64,000 bases of DNA, taken from an uncultured Solirubrobacterales bacterium. GTDB lineage: Bacteria > Actinomycetota > Thermoleophilia > Solirubrobacterales > 70-9. Shown piece after piece: positions 47,803 through 56,597 of this stretch (the first letter of the stretch is position 1; the number at the start of each line of letters is the position of its first letter). The stretch lies in contig CAWFPS010000001.1 of NCBI GenBank assembly GCA_963817905.1, positions 131,647-195,646 of the forward strand, written 5' to 3'. The translations under genes were made by a program, and so were the position numbers. A model generated the notes under the pieces. It had not been told where the DNA came from, ran no database searches, and saw only the letters and a program-made list of their open reading frames with translations.

Positions 47803-49002
47803 GTGCTCGAAGCGCTCAGGGAGAGTCGCGCTGTGGCATTGCTCGGGGCCCGGCAGGTCGGGAAGAGCACCCTGGCGCTCGAGATCGCTCACTCCGGGTA
47901 CCCAGCCGAGTACATATCCCTCGATGACGCCGGCGTCGCTCGGGCGGCGCGTTCCGACCCGGTCGAGATGATCGCGAGCCTGGGTGGCCCGGCGGTGATC
48001 GACGAGATCCAGCGGGTGCCGGAGCTGCTGCTGGCAGTCAAGCAGAAGCTCGACGCGGACGATTCCCCGGGCCAGTTCCTGCTGACCGGATCGGCGGACC
48101 TGCTGACGCTGCCCACTATCGCCGATGCCCTCCCAGGGCGGGTTCAGTATCTCCGCCTCTGGCCGCTCTCGCAGGCAGAGCTGCACGGTACGAAGTCCCC
48201 GTTCGTCGATGCCCTCTTCGAAGGGAGGTTCCCCAGGGTTGCGGACGCGCCGATCGGCCGGGCGGCGGTCGCGCAGATGCTGGTCCGGGGCGGATACCCG
48301 GAGGCCCAGCGCCGCTCACCACGCAGCCTGGGAGGGTTCTTCGAAAGCTACGTCGACTCGCTGCTCGGCCGTGACCTTGGCGACGTGGCGAACGTCCGGG
48401 AGCCGCGGCACGTCGACCGGGTCCTGCGGATGATCGGCGCGCGCTCCGGCGGCATCCTCAACATCGCCGGGATGGCGGGGGAACTCGAACTAAATCGAGT
48501 GACCGTGGCCAAGGACGTCGAGATTCTGGAGCGCCTGTTCTTGGTCCGGCGACTCGGCGCCTGGCGCCGCAATCTCGGCGATCGGCTGGTGAAGAGCCCG
48601 AAGGTCTACGTGGCCGACAGCGGGCTGCTGGCCTATCTCGTCGGCGCCGATGAGGAGCGGATCGTCGAGGACGGGGGGGTGGCCGGCGCGATGCTGGAGA
48701 GCTTCGTAGCGATGGAGCTGGTGCGCCACGCGGAGCTAGCGGAGCGGCAGTTGACCATTCACCACTATCGCGACCAGCACCAGCGCGAGGTCGACGTGGT
48801 CCTCGAGCGCAACAACGGCGAGGTGGCGGGCGTCGAGGTCAAGGCCGGAGCCACGCCGCGCAGCTCTGACTTCGCCGGCTTGCGATATCTGCGCGACAAA
48901 CTGGGCGCCCGGTTCAAGGCGGGCGCGCTCCTCTACACCGGTTCCCGGACCCTTCCCTTCGGCGATCGCCTTGCGGCGGTGCCGGTGAACGGGCTCTGGT
49001 AG
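47803..49002 (+). CDS. AAA-type ATPase with DUF4143-like C-terminal domain
   Basis: The Walker A motif is LLGARQVGKSTL. AVIDEIQRVPELL and FLLTGSA are also present. The C-terminal part (HYRDQHQREVDVVLERNNGEVAGVEVKAG) looks like a PD-(D/E)xK-type nuclease fold. Family-like sequence (LIPRHVRPLV) continues upstream of the first canonical start, GTG 47803. Confidence 0.8.
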   Translation: MLEALRESRAVALLGARQVGKSTLALEIAHSGYPAEYISLDDAGVARAARSDPVEMIASLGGPAVIDEIQRVPELLLAVKQKLDADDSPGQFLLTGSADLLTLPTIADALPGRVQYLRLWPLSQAELHGTKSPFVDALFEGRFPRVADAPIGRAAVAQMLVRGGYPEAQRRSPRSLGGFFESYVDSLLGRDLGDVANVREPRHVDRVLRMIGARSGGILNIAGMAGELELNRVTVAKDVEILERLFLVRRLGAWRRNLGDRLVKSPKVYVADSGLLAYLVGADEERIVEDGGVAGAMLESFVAMELVRHAELAERQLTIHHYRDQHQREVDVVLERNNGEVAGVEVKAGATPRSSDFAGLRYLRDKLGARFKAGALLYTGSRTLPFGDRLAAVPVNGLW

Positions 49003-49017
49003 CAGCCGGGCAAGGCC

Positions 49018-49061
49018 TCAGGCGACGATCGTCAGTGCGCCGGGGCTAACCGCGAGCGCCG
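49018..49061. repeat. degenerate copy of the last ~14 codons of the lipid-kinase gene (att-like direct repeat)
   Basis: TCAGGCGACGATCGTCAGTGCGCCGGGGCTAACCGCGAGCGCC compares with 50627-50669 TCAGGCGACGATCGTCAGCGCGCCGGGGTCCACGGCCAGCGCC. Shorter copies lie at 45809-45824 and 50231-50242. Confidence 0.75.
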
Positions 49062-49072
49062 GTTGGTCCGCA

Positions 49073-50137
49073 TCAAAAGTCGGCGCTGAGCCGCTTCCAC
49101 TCCTTTCGCCCGGGTCCGGGCGACTGGACGAAGCCGCCATCTCGCAGGCGAGCCAGCTGGCCGTGGATGTAGCCAGCGCTTATGTCGGGCAGGGCGCGTT
49201 GCAGCTCATCGAAGGTGAAGTTGTCGGAGGGACGAGAGCGGACGGCTTGTTTGATGCGCTCAGCCTTCGCGCCCCGCCCGAGGCCGGTTGTGAGGTCGCC
49301 CGCCCGCGCTTCGAACTCCTTGTAGGCAGCGTTGAGGATGCCCAGGAAGTAGTTGAGCCAGGGCCAGATGTCGTGTCTCCCTTCGTCCCAGCCGGCAGTG
49401 GATTTGCGCAGGCTCTCGTAGTAGGTCTCCTTGCTTTCCTCGACCAGCTTCTCGAGGCTGATGAACCTGCCGACTTCGTGTCCGGCGTGGTAGAGCAGGA
49501 GCAGCGTGAGGAGGCGCGACATTCGCCCATTTCCGTCGTCGAACGGGTGGATCATCAGGAAGTCGAAGACGTAGGCGCCGGCCAGCAGGAGCGGGGCATG
49601 CACACGTTCCTTCGTCGCAGCGCCAAAGCGCCGATGGAGCTCGTCCATCGCGGCGGGTGTCTCAAACGGGCTTGTTCCCTCGAAGATGACGTTGAGCTTG
49701 TCCCCGGCCGCGTCGTAGCGCGCAACCTCGTTCTGGGTGGCCTTGAATCGCCCGCCGGGAACTGGCGTGAAGGAGTAGAGGTCGCGATGAAACTGCTCGA
49801 CGACCGAACGCCTGAAAGGAATGTGCTCGGCGCTGGAATGGATCGTGTCGAGCACCTTTCGGTAGCCGGCGATCTCCTCCTCGGGCCGGTTCCGCGGGTC
49901 CGTCTTCTTCCGGACCAGATCAGCTATCCGCTGGTGCGGAGCGGTGATGTTCTCGATCGCGTTCGACGCCGCGGTACTTTGGATTCGAGCTATCTCGGTC
50001 AGGCTCCCCAGCACCTGAGGATTTTGCTGCCGAAAGGCATCCTCCCGGCCACGGCCGGCAGTGACCTCGCTGAGGGCGGCAGCCGTGGGACCCGGCACAA
50101 GGCCGAGATGTCGCTCCAATTTTCGGAAGGTTTGCAT
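49073..50137 (-). CDS. Fic-family protein (intact)
   Basis: It carries the Fic motif HPFDDGNGRMSR and the inhibitory-type motif SNAIEN. The product is 354 aa. Confidence 0.9.
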   Translation of the reverse strand: MQTFRKLERHLGLVPGPTAAALSEVTAGRGREDAFRQQNPQVLGSLTEIARIQSTAASNAIENITAPHQRIADLVRKKTDPRNRPEEEIAGYRKVLDTIHSSAEHIPFRRSVVEQFHRDLYSFTPVPGGRFKATQNEVARYDAAGDKLNVIFEGTSPFETPAAMDELHRRFGAATKERVHAPLLLAGAYVFDFLMIHPFDDGNGRMSRLLTLLLLYHAGHEVGRFISLEKLVEESKETYYESLRKSTAGWDEGRHDIWPWLNYFLGILNAAYKEFEARAGDLTTGLGRGAKAERIKQAVRSRPSDNFTFDELQRALPDISAGYIHGQLARLRDGGFVQSPGPGRKEWKRLSADF

Positions 50138-50626
50138 TTCTGCTCGGCGCTAAATTGCTACTTCTCAGCCTAAAATAGCAATTTCAACCAAGTCAGTAGC
50201 AATTCGTCTCGGTTCGCGGAGATCACGACCTCAGGCGACGACACGGTTGCGTCGATTCGTTCGCCCAACATGATGGAATTCATCACGTTGGCCGATCAGA
50301 TGACATTCCGCGAGCTGCCTGATTTCCTCATAAGCCATGGGCGCTACTGGGCGACCACCGACGAAATCGCGGCGCAGACCGGGGCGTGACCCGATGCCAC
50401 CCGCCACGGCCTGGCCCGCCTGAGAAGCCCAACGGCATCCCCGCCAGGTCGCCCTGGTCGACCGCGGCATAGCGCGCGGCATCGATCCCGACCAGGGCCG
50501 AGATCAGGCCGCTGTCGGTTGTGAGACGCTCGTGCGGTACCCGGTCAACTCGGAGTTCAGTACCCGTACAACTCGGAGTTCAGGGGCCGGATAATTGGGA
50601 ATTAGCGCTGGCCGGCGAGTGTTCGG

Positions 50627-51604
50627 TCAGGCGACGATCGTCAGCGCGCCGGGGTCCACGGCCAGCGCCAGCTCGGTGCGCTCGCCGATGTAGTCGCCGT
50701 CGACCTGGACCGGGAAGGGGCGGGTGACGCCGTCCTTGGTCTTGGAGATCGAGGAGATCGTCGCCCCGGCGATGCCGGCGAAGTGGTCGATCTGGCGGTG
50801 TTGGGCGGCGGCACGCTTCTCGCTGAAGATGCGGGAGATCAGGGTCGGCATGTCGCGCTGGGCCGCACGCCGCAGGACCCCGAGTGCCAGGGTGCCGTCG
50901 TCGATCTCGACTCCCTCGCAGACCCGCACCGGTTTGCTGGCGAAGTAGGTGAAGGGGTCGGAGTTCTGGGCCAGGGCGGTGACCCCCTCGGCGCTCTCGC
51001 CGTTGACCTGAATGTGGAGCCGCACCGGGTTGACCAGGTAGGAGCGGTAGAAGGCCGAGACCGCCGCCCAGGTGAAGTAGTAGGGCCCGGCGGCCGACTT
51101 CAGCCGCGGGTGGGCGTCGACCCGCTTGACCACGGTCGCGTCGATCCCCGCCCCGCAGGAGAAGACGAAGTGACGGTGGTCGGCCTTGCCGAGGTCGATC
51201 CGCCGCGGCTGCCAATCGTCGACCAGGGCGAGCAGGTGCTCGGTCGCGTCGACCACGTCGTTGGGGATGCCGAGCGTGCGGCAGACCACGTTGGTCGAGC
51301 CCCCCGGCAGCACCGAGACTGGCACATCGGTCCCGGCGAGCCCGTTGACCACCTCGTTCAGCGTCCCGTCGCCACCGAAGGCGACGACCACGTCGTAGCC
51401 GTGATCGCGCACCTCCCGCCCGATCTCGGTCGCGTGGTTCTGCGCCTCGGTCGAAACCGTTTCCACCTCGAAGCGCCCCTGCAATGCGTAGACCACCAGG
51501 TTCTTCAGCCGGTCCGAGACCGTCGTCGCATACGGGTTGACGATGATCAGCATCCGCTTCTTGGCGGACTTCTTCGGCTTTCTAGAGAGGAGTTTGGCTG
51601 ACAT
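50627..51604 (-). CDS. diacylglycerol/lipid kinase (DAGK catalytic domain, YegS/LCB5-like)
   Basis: MSAKLLSRKPKKSAKKRMLIIVNPYA...VVAFGGDGTLNEVVNGL...VLPGGSTNV matches the family. ATG 51604 lies inside ORF 50627..51889. Confidence 0.85.
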   Translation of the reverse strand: MSAKLLSRKPKKSAKKRMLIIVNPYATTVSDRLKNLVVYALQGRFEVETVSTEAQNHATEIGREVRDHGYDVVVAFGGDGTLNEVVNGLAGTDVPVSVLPGGSTNVVCRTLGIPNDVVDATEHLLALVDDWQPRRIDLGKADHRHFVFSCGAGIDATVVKRVDAHPRLKSAAGPYYFTWAAVSAFYRSYLVNPVRLHIQVNGESAEGVTALAQNSDPFTYFASKPVRVCEGVEIDDGTLALGVLRRAAQRDMPTLISRIFSEKRAAAQHRQIDHFAGIAGATISSISKTKDGVTRPFPVQVDGDYIGERTELALAVDPGALTIVA

Positions 51605-51638
51605 CGAAAAGGATGCGCCAAGCGCCGCCGTCTGACCG

Positions 51639-52061
51639 TCAGCGACGCTGGGCGGGGTTGGTGCCCGCGCAGCGTATTGCGGCGCACGGGCCGCTGCGCC
51701 TCGGGCAAATGCTCTCGCGGCGATCGAGTGAGGAGAGCAGGCCACGCATCGCCTTGTGCTCCGCCACCACGCGGGCGTACTCGTTGCTCTCGTCGACGAT
51801 CCCTGCCAGCTCGTCCAGCACACCGCAGAGCTCTGGGTCGGGGATGACGCGCTGCTCCTCGACCGCCCTGAGCAGGCGCTCGTATGCAACCACCTCGCGG
51901 CGCAGGCGACGCGGTTCTCGCAGCCGCCCGCCGTGCTCGCGGAGCTCTTCGCGAACGCCTTCGCGGGCCATCGTCAGAACCTCTTTGAGGAACTTGCGGT
52001 CTCGCCGAGGAATATCAAGCTGGACCGGCATCCGGTCCCTCATAGGATCGATCTCAGCCAT
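51639..52061 (-). CDS. hypothetical protein
   Basis: The product is about 140 aa, starting MAEIDPMRDRMPVQLDIPRRDRKFLKEV. It has protein-like charged composition and no motif I recognise. Confidence 0.45.
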   Translation of the reverse strand: MAEIDPMRDRMPVQLDIPRRDRKFLKEVLTMAREGVREELREHGGRLREPRRLRREVVAYERLLRAVEEQRVIPDPELCGVLDELAGIVDESNEYARVVAEHKAMRGLLSSLDRRESICPRRSGPCAAIRCAGTNPAQRR

Positions 52062-52190
52062 GGGGCGTGGCCTCCTCTTGGTCAGGCCCTCGGCCGGCGC
52101 TGCCGCGCCGCCGGGGGCCGCTCTATCGAACGGGCGCGGCCACAGCGCCCACGATCCGAACATAACGCCACGCCCGGACGCAGCGGGTTC

Positions 52191-53354
52191 CTACTCTCGA
52201 CTTTGGGTTCGCCGAGCCCCCTGGAGACGCCGGGCAACGCCCACCGCCTCGCTGTCAACGGAGTGTCGAGTGGTCGATTTACCCCCGTATGTGTGGGTCA
52301 ATCGACCACTCGGCATCGCACTTACATGCGCGACGGCGACGAGAAGGCGACTACCCGGTCGTCTCATACTGACCACGGCGCCGTCCTCGGCTTCGCGCAC
52401 CCGTCCCTCGTTGAGGAGCAGGTCGGCGTGGCCGATCACCTCCGAGAGGGTGAGGTAGGCCTGGGTGACGGCGACGTTGCCCCAGATCGCCTGGGCGATG
52501 TCGAAGCCGCTGCGCGGCTGCTCGGCGATCAGCTTGTAGATCTTCTCCTTGCGCCGCTCGTGCTTGGCGATGCGGTCGTCGATCAGGGCGACGTGGTCGA
52601 CGATCGGCTCGCCGTGGCCGGAGAGGACGATCTCGGCCGGCATCTCGCGCGTCTTGCGCATCGACTCGATGTAGGTGACGAGCGCCTGGGGGCGCTCCGC
52701 CGAGCCGTCGAGCGGCCGGCTGATCAGCGGGTTGGAGGAGATGTGGGCGATCAGGTGGTCGGCGGCGATCAGGATCCTGCGCTCCTCGTCCCAGAAGACG
52801 GTGTCGGAGGGGCTGTGGCCAGGACGGTGGATCGCCTGCAGGGTGCGGTCGCGGAAGGGCAGCACCTGGCCGTCGGCGAGCGGGTGGGTCACGGTCACGT
52901 GCGAGCCCCAGCCGCGGAAGCTGCGCGAGACGCTGCGCAGTGCCACCGTCACCTCCTCGGGGATGCCGTTGCGGATCATCAGCTCGACCGCGAAGCGGTC
53001 CTCGGCCTCGGTGTCGGAGTCGAAGTTGGCGAGGCGATCGCTGGCGATGCCGAGTGCCGCGACCTTCGCCCCGGAGCGCTCGACGACGATCTCAGCCAGC
53101 CCCAGGTGGTCGATGTGCTGGTGGGTAATCACCAGCAACTCCAGGTCTTCGATCGAGTGGCCGCGCGCGGCCAGCTGCGATTGCAGCTCGTCGAGTGCCT
53201 TGCCGGAGTTGGGGCCGGTATCGACCAGAGTCAGCGGGTCGTCCTCGATCAGGTAGCAGTTGACTCGCCCGACCGCGAACGGGGTCGGGATGCGCAGGCA
53301 GTGGATGCCGGCCAGCGCCGCCTGCTCCAAAGCCTGCTCCGGCGTCACCGTCAA
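52191..53354 (-). CDS. MBL-fold metallo-hydrolase
   Basis: It has THQHIDH (HxHxDH) and later His/Asp ligand motifs (HRPGHSPSD, SGHG). The start is TTG 53354 (TTGA overlap with the upstream stop) or GTG 48 (53348). Confidence 0.8.
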   Translation of the reverse strand: MTVTPEQALEQAALAGIHCLRIPTPFAVGRVNCYLIEDDPLTLVDTGPNSGKALDELQSQLAARGHSIEDLELLVITHQHIDHLGLAEIVVERSGAKVAALGIASDRLANFDSDTEAEDRFAVELMIRNGIPEEVTVALRSVSRSFRGWGSHVTVTHPLADGQVLPFRDRTLQAIHRPGHSPSDTVFWDEERRILIAADHLIAHISSNPLISRPLDGSAERPQALVTYIESMRKTREMPAEIVLSGHGEPIVDHVALIDDRIAKHERRKEKIYKLIAEQPRSGFDIAQAIWGNVAVTQAYLTLSEVIGHADLLLNEGRVREAEDGAVVSMRRPGSRLLVAVAHVSAMPSGRLTHTYGGKSTTRHSVDSEAVGVARRLQGARRTQSRE

Positions 53355-54733
53355 GCCCGGATCAGCCCCAGCACCTCGTCGCGCTTGGCCTCCATGTCCT
53401 CGCGTGAGACCAGCGACTCGAGGTTGAGGCGCAGCAGCGGCTCGGTGTTGGAGGGCCGCACGTTGAAGTGCCACTCGGGGTAGTCGACCGAGATGCCGTC
53501 CAGGGTCGCCTGCTTGCCGTCGCTGTAGCGCTCGGCGATCTCGGCGACCTTCGCCGCCGGGTCGGCGACCTCGGTGTTGATCTCGCCCGAGATGAAGTAG
53601 CGCGATCGGAACTCGGCCATCAGCTCGCCCAGCGAGCGGCCGTCGACCGAGAGCAGCTCCAGCACCAGCAGCGCCGGGATCGTCCCCGAGTCGGCGCACC
53701 AGAAGTCGCGGAAGTAGTAGTGGCCGGAGACCTCGCCGCCGAAGACGGCGCCCTCTTCGCGCATCCGCGTCTTGAAGAAGGCGTGGCCGACGCGGGAGAG
53801 GTCGGAGCGGCCGCCCTCGGCGGCGACCAGGTCCGGCACGGCGCGGCTCGAGCGCGGGTCATAGAGGATCGTCGCGCCGGGGTTCTTGGCCAGCGCCGCC
53901 CGCGCCAGCAGGGCGCAGATGAAGTCGCCGTCGCAGAACTCGCCGCTGCCGTCGATGAAGAAGCAGCGGTCGGCGTCGCCGTCCCAGGCGATGCCGAGAT
54001 CGGCGCCGGCGCCGCGCACCCGCTCCATGATCATTGCCCGGTTCTCGGGCAGCAGCGGGTTGGGCTCGTGGTCGGGGAACTCACCGTTGGGCTCGAAGTA
54101 CATCTCCTCGAGGTCGAGGCCGAGCCCGCGCAGGGTCGGTCCCACCATCGGCCCGGCCATCCCGTTGCCGCCGTCGACCACCACCTTCAGCGGCTTCACC
54201 TTGGCCGGGTCGATGAAGGAGAGCGCGCGGGCGCGGTATTCCTCCCAGACGTCGACCTCTTCCAGGGAGCCGCCGCCGGGAGCGTGTCCGAGCCCGCCTT
54301 CGATCTCGCGCTTGACGTCGCCGATCCCGGCGTCGCCCGAGAGCGCCAGCGCCCCCTCGCGGACCAGCTTCACCCCGGTGTAGGCCTTGGGGTTGTGCGA
54401 GGCGGTCACCATCGCGCCGCCGTCGAGCTCGCGTGAGCCGACGAGGTAATAGAGCATCTCGGTGGCGACCATTCCCGCGTCCAGCACGGTGGCCCCCTCG
54501 AAGATCAGCCCGTCGCGCAGCTCGGCCGCCATCGCCGGCGCGGTCAGCCGCATGTCGCGGCCGAGCCCGACCCGCAGCTCGCTCGGCTCCTTGCCGCGCA
54601 GCCGCCCCAGCACGCGGGCGAAGGCGCGGCCGATCGCATGCGCCGTCGTCTCGTCCATTTCCTTGCCGTGCAGGCCGCGGATGTCATACGCCTTGAAGAT
54701 CCCCGGCGGGGCCAGGATCGGCTGCTCGCTCAA
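53351..54733 (-). CDS. phosphomannomutase/phosphoglucomutase
   Basis: It has the active-site loop TASHNPKAYTG and the N-terminus FKAYDIRG. The Mg loop is DGDADR. Confidence 0.9.
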   Translation of the reverse strand: MSEQPILAPPGIFKAYDIRGLHGKEMDETTAHAIGRAFARVLGRLRGKEPSELRVGLGRDMRLTAPAMAAELRDGLIFEGATVLDAGMVATEMLYYLVGSRELDGGAMVTASHNPKAYTGVKLVREGALALSGDAGIGDVKREIEGGLGHAPGGGSLEEVDVWEEYRARALSFIDPAKVKPLKVVVDGGNGMAGPMVGPTLRGLGLDLEEMYFEPNGEFPDHEPNPLLPENRAMIMERVRGAGADLGIAWDGDADRCFFIDGSGEFCDGDFICALLARAALAKNPGATILYDPRSSRAVPDLVAAEGGRSDLSRVGHAFFKTRMREEGAVFGGEVSGHYYFRDFWCADSGTIPALLVLELLSVDGRSLGELMAEFRSRYFISGEINTEVADPAAKVAEIAERYSDGKQATLDGISVDYPEWHFNVRPSNTEPLLRLNLESLVSREDMEAKRDEVLGLIRA

Positions 54734-55218
54734 AACGCTCCCTTCAGTGCCTCGTAGCTCTGCTCCAGCGTCTGCGGCATCACTTTCGTGTCCGCGATCA
54801 CCGGCATGAAGTTGGTGTCGCCACCCCAGCGCGGGACGACGTGCATGTGGATGTGATGCTCGACCCCGGCACCGGCGACCCGGCCCTGGTTGAAGCCGAC
54901 GTTGTAGCCGTGCGGGTCATAGACGTCCTCCAGCCGGCTCATCGCCCGCTGGGCCAGGCCCATCATCTCGGCGACGGTCTCAGCGGGCAGCTCCTGGATC
55001 CGCCCGATGTGCTCATAGGGCGCCACCATCAGGTGCCCGTTTGTGTACGGGAAGAGGTTGAGGATCACGAAGCTGTGCTCGCCGCGGTGGACGATCAGGT
55101 TCGCCCCGTCGTCCCCCGCGGCCGGCTTGGCGCAGAAGATGCACTCCTCCTCGTTGTCCTTCGATGCGTCCTTCACGTAGGCGAGGCGCCAGGGCGCCCA
55201 GATCCGAAAATTGGCCAC
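54730..55218 (-). CDS. HIT-family nucleotide hydrolase/transferase
   Basis: It carries the HIHMHVVPRW histidine triad. An N-terminal CIFC motif is also present. Confidence 0.85.
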   Translation of the reverse strand: MANFRIWAPWRLAYVKDASKDNEEECIFCAKPAAGDDGANLIVHRGEHSFVILNLFPYTNGHLMVAPYEHIGRIQELPAETVAEMMGLAQRAMSRLEDVYDPHGYNVGFNQGRVAGAGVEHHIHMHVVPRWGGDTNFMPVIADTKVMPQTLEQSYEALKGAF

Positions 55219-55230
55219 AGGGCGCGCAGG

Positions 55231-56238
55231 CTACAGCCAGCCGCGCTTGCGGAAGTAGCCGACCATGCTGACCAGCAGCACGAACATCACGCCGACGATG
55301 ACCCAGAAGGCGGTCAGGTCCTGCTCGCCCGGCACCCCCGAGTTCATCCCCCAGATGCTGGCGATCAGGGTCAGCGGCAGGACGATGACGCTGATCGAGG
55401 TGAGCACGCGGAGGATGTCGTTGACGCGGTGGGAGATCACCGACTCGTTGGTCTCGGCCAGCGAGTCGACAACCTCCTTGTAGTTCTCCAGCATGTCCCA
55501 GATTCGCTCGTGGGCGTCGACGATGTCGTCGAAATAGATCTCCAGGTCGAGGTCGGTTGCGAGGTAGCGCTGCTTGACCTTCTCCAGGTCGCGCAGCACC
55601 GGCCGCTGCGGGCGGATCACCTTGCGGAAGTTGATGATCTCCTGCTTGACGTTGGAGATGTCGCGCACGACCTCCTCCGAGCGCCCCTCGAAGATGTCGT
55701 CCTCGAGCGCGTCGAGCTTGTTGCCGATCTTGCGCAGCATCGGGAAGCAGTAGTCGAAGCTGTCGTCGACGAGGCGGTAGAGCAGGTAGCCCGAGCCGCG
55801 CGAGAAGAGCTGCTCGCGCAGTTCCTCCTTGGCCCGGCAGCGCTCGAACAGGTACTCGACCGGCTGCAATGGCTGGTTGGGGATCGTCACCACGTAGCCG
55901 GGCCCGACGAAGAGGTCGAGCTCGCCGGTGCCCAGCCGTCCGGCGGCCGGGTCGAAGATCGGGAAGTGGAGGACGATGAAGAGGTACTCGTCGTAGACGT
56001 CGATCTTCGGCCGCTGGTTGCGCGAGAGCACGTCCTCGAGGTCGAGCGCGTGGAAGTCGAAGTTCTCCTCCAGCCAGGTGCGCTCCAGGGCGCCCGGGTG
56101 CTCGATGTTGACCCAGCGCAGGCCGGCGGCGTCGATCTGCTCGACGTTGGGCTTCTGCGGCTCAGCCTGCGCGGCGGCGGAGATGAGCTCGTCGCGCCGG
56201 CCGACGCGCCGCAGCCTCGGCTTCGGAAGGTTCGGCAT
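55231..56238 (-). CDS. corA: CorA-family magnesium transporter
   Basis: The C-terminal two TM segments carry the WGMN motif (IASIWGMNSGVPG). Length and charge pattern are typical of the family. Confidence 0.85.
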   Translation of the reverse strand: MPNLPKPRLRRVGRRDELISAAAQAEPQKPNVEQIDAAGLRWVNIEHPGALERTWLEENFDFHALDLEDVLSRNQRPKIDVYDEYLFIVLHFPIFDPAAGRLGTGELDLFVGPGYVVTIPNQPLQPVEYLFERCRAKEELREQLFSRGSGYLLYRLVDDSFDYCFPMLRKIGNKLDALEDDIFEGRSEEVVRDISNVKQEIINFRKVIRPQRPVLRDLEKVKQRYLATDLDLEIYFDDIVDAHERIWDMLENYKEVVDSLAETNESVISHRVNDILRVLTSISVIVLPLTLIASIWGMNSGVPGEQDLTAFWVIVGVMFVLLVSMVGYFRKRGWL

Positions 56239-56402
56239 CGTTCGCGCTCATCGTCTCGTCGGGCATGGGCGGACAAGGTTAGCCGCCGTGGATCAAGCGG
56301 GTTAGCCAAGCGTGAACTGAACGAAACTTCCCTTGGGGCCACGCTTGGTGGTCAATCTTTCAATTGACCACTCCTGTTGTTAGTCTTGCTTCTACATAAG
56401 CG

Positions 56403-56519
56403 CCACATCTAGAGGGGTGGAGGGACTGGCCCGATGAAACCCCGGCAACCGCCCCGGACCGACAGGTTCGGGGGAGGTGCCAACTCCAGCAGGTCAAGTC
56501 AAAGGCCTGGAAGATGTGG
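56403..56519 (+). promoter_or_regulatory. SAM-I (S-box) riboswitch aptamer
   Basis: The P1 stem is CCACATC/GATGTGG. The conserved core reads AGAGGGGTGGAGGGACTGGCCCGATGAAACCCCGGCAACC...GGTGCCAACTCCAGCAGG...CCTGGAAGATG. Confidence 0.9.
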
Positions 56520-56533
56520 GGAATGTCCGATCG

Positions 56534-56564
56534 GGCCTCCCCCACAAAAGGCGGAGGTTTTTTT
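56534..56564 (+). terminator. intrinsic terminator of the riboswitch expression platform
   Basis: GGCCTCCCCCACAAAAGGCGGAGG is followed by a run of seven T residues, 34 nt before the ThrC-like start. Confidence 0.8.
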
Positions 56565-56597
56565 GTTGGCGGCAAGGCAACGAGAGGGATAGATCGG

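Noticed and set aside
51756-53483. 575-aa plus-strand ORF; also 58712..59977 (-) and 56601..57770 (-)
   Set aside because: All three are antisense shadows of motif-bearing genes (the MBL hydrolase, the sugar dehydratase and the ThrC-like gene).
54841-56367. 508-aa plus-strand ORF
   Set aside because: It is antisense to the HIT and CorA genes, both of which carry clear family motifs. Its composition is Val/Asp/Leu/Glu-rich, typical of mirror ORFs.
56347-56370. The CAATTGACC box in a small hairpin (GTGGTCAAT-CTTTCA-ATTGACCAC) upstream of the riboswitch, which resembles the CAATTGACC at the end of the 77-bp island element
   Set aside because: Only two independent occurrences exist once the island duplication is discounted. 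A 9-mer match at that level may be chance. I could not define a convincing -35/-10 pair around it.
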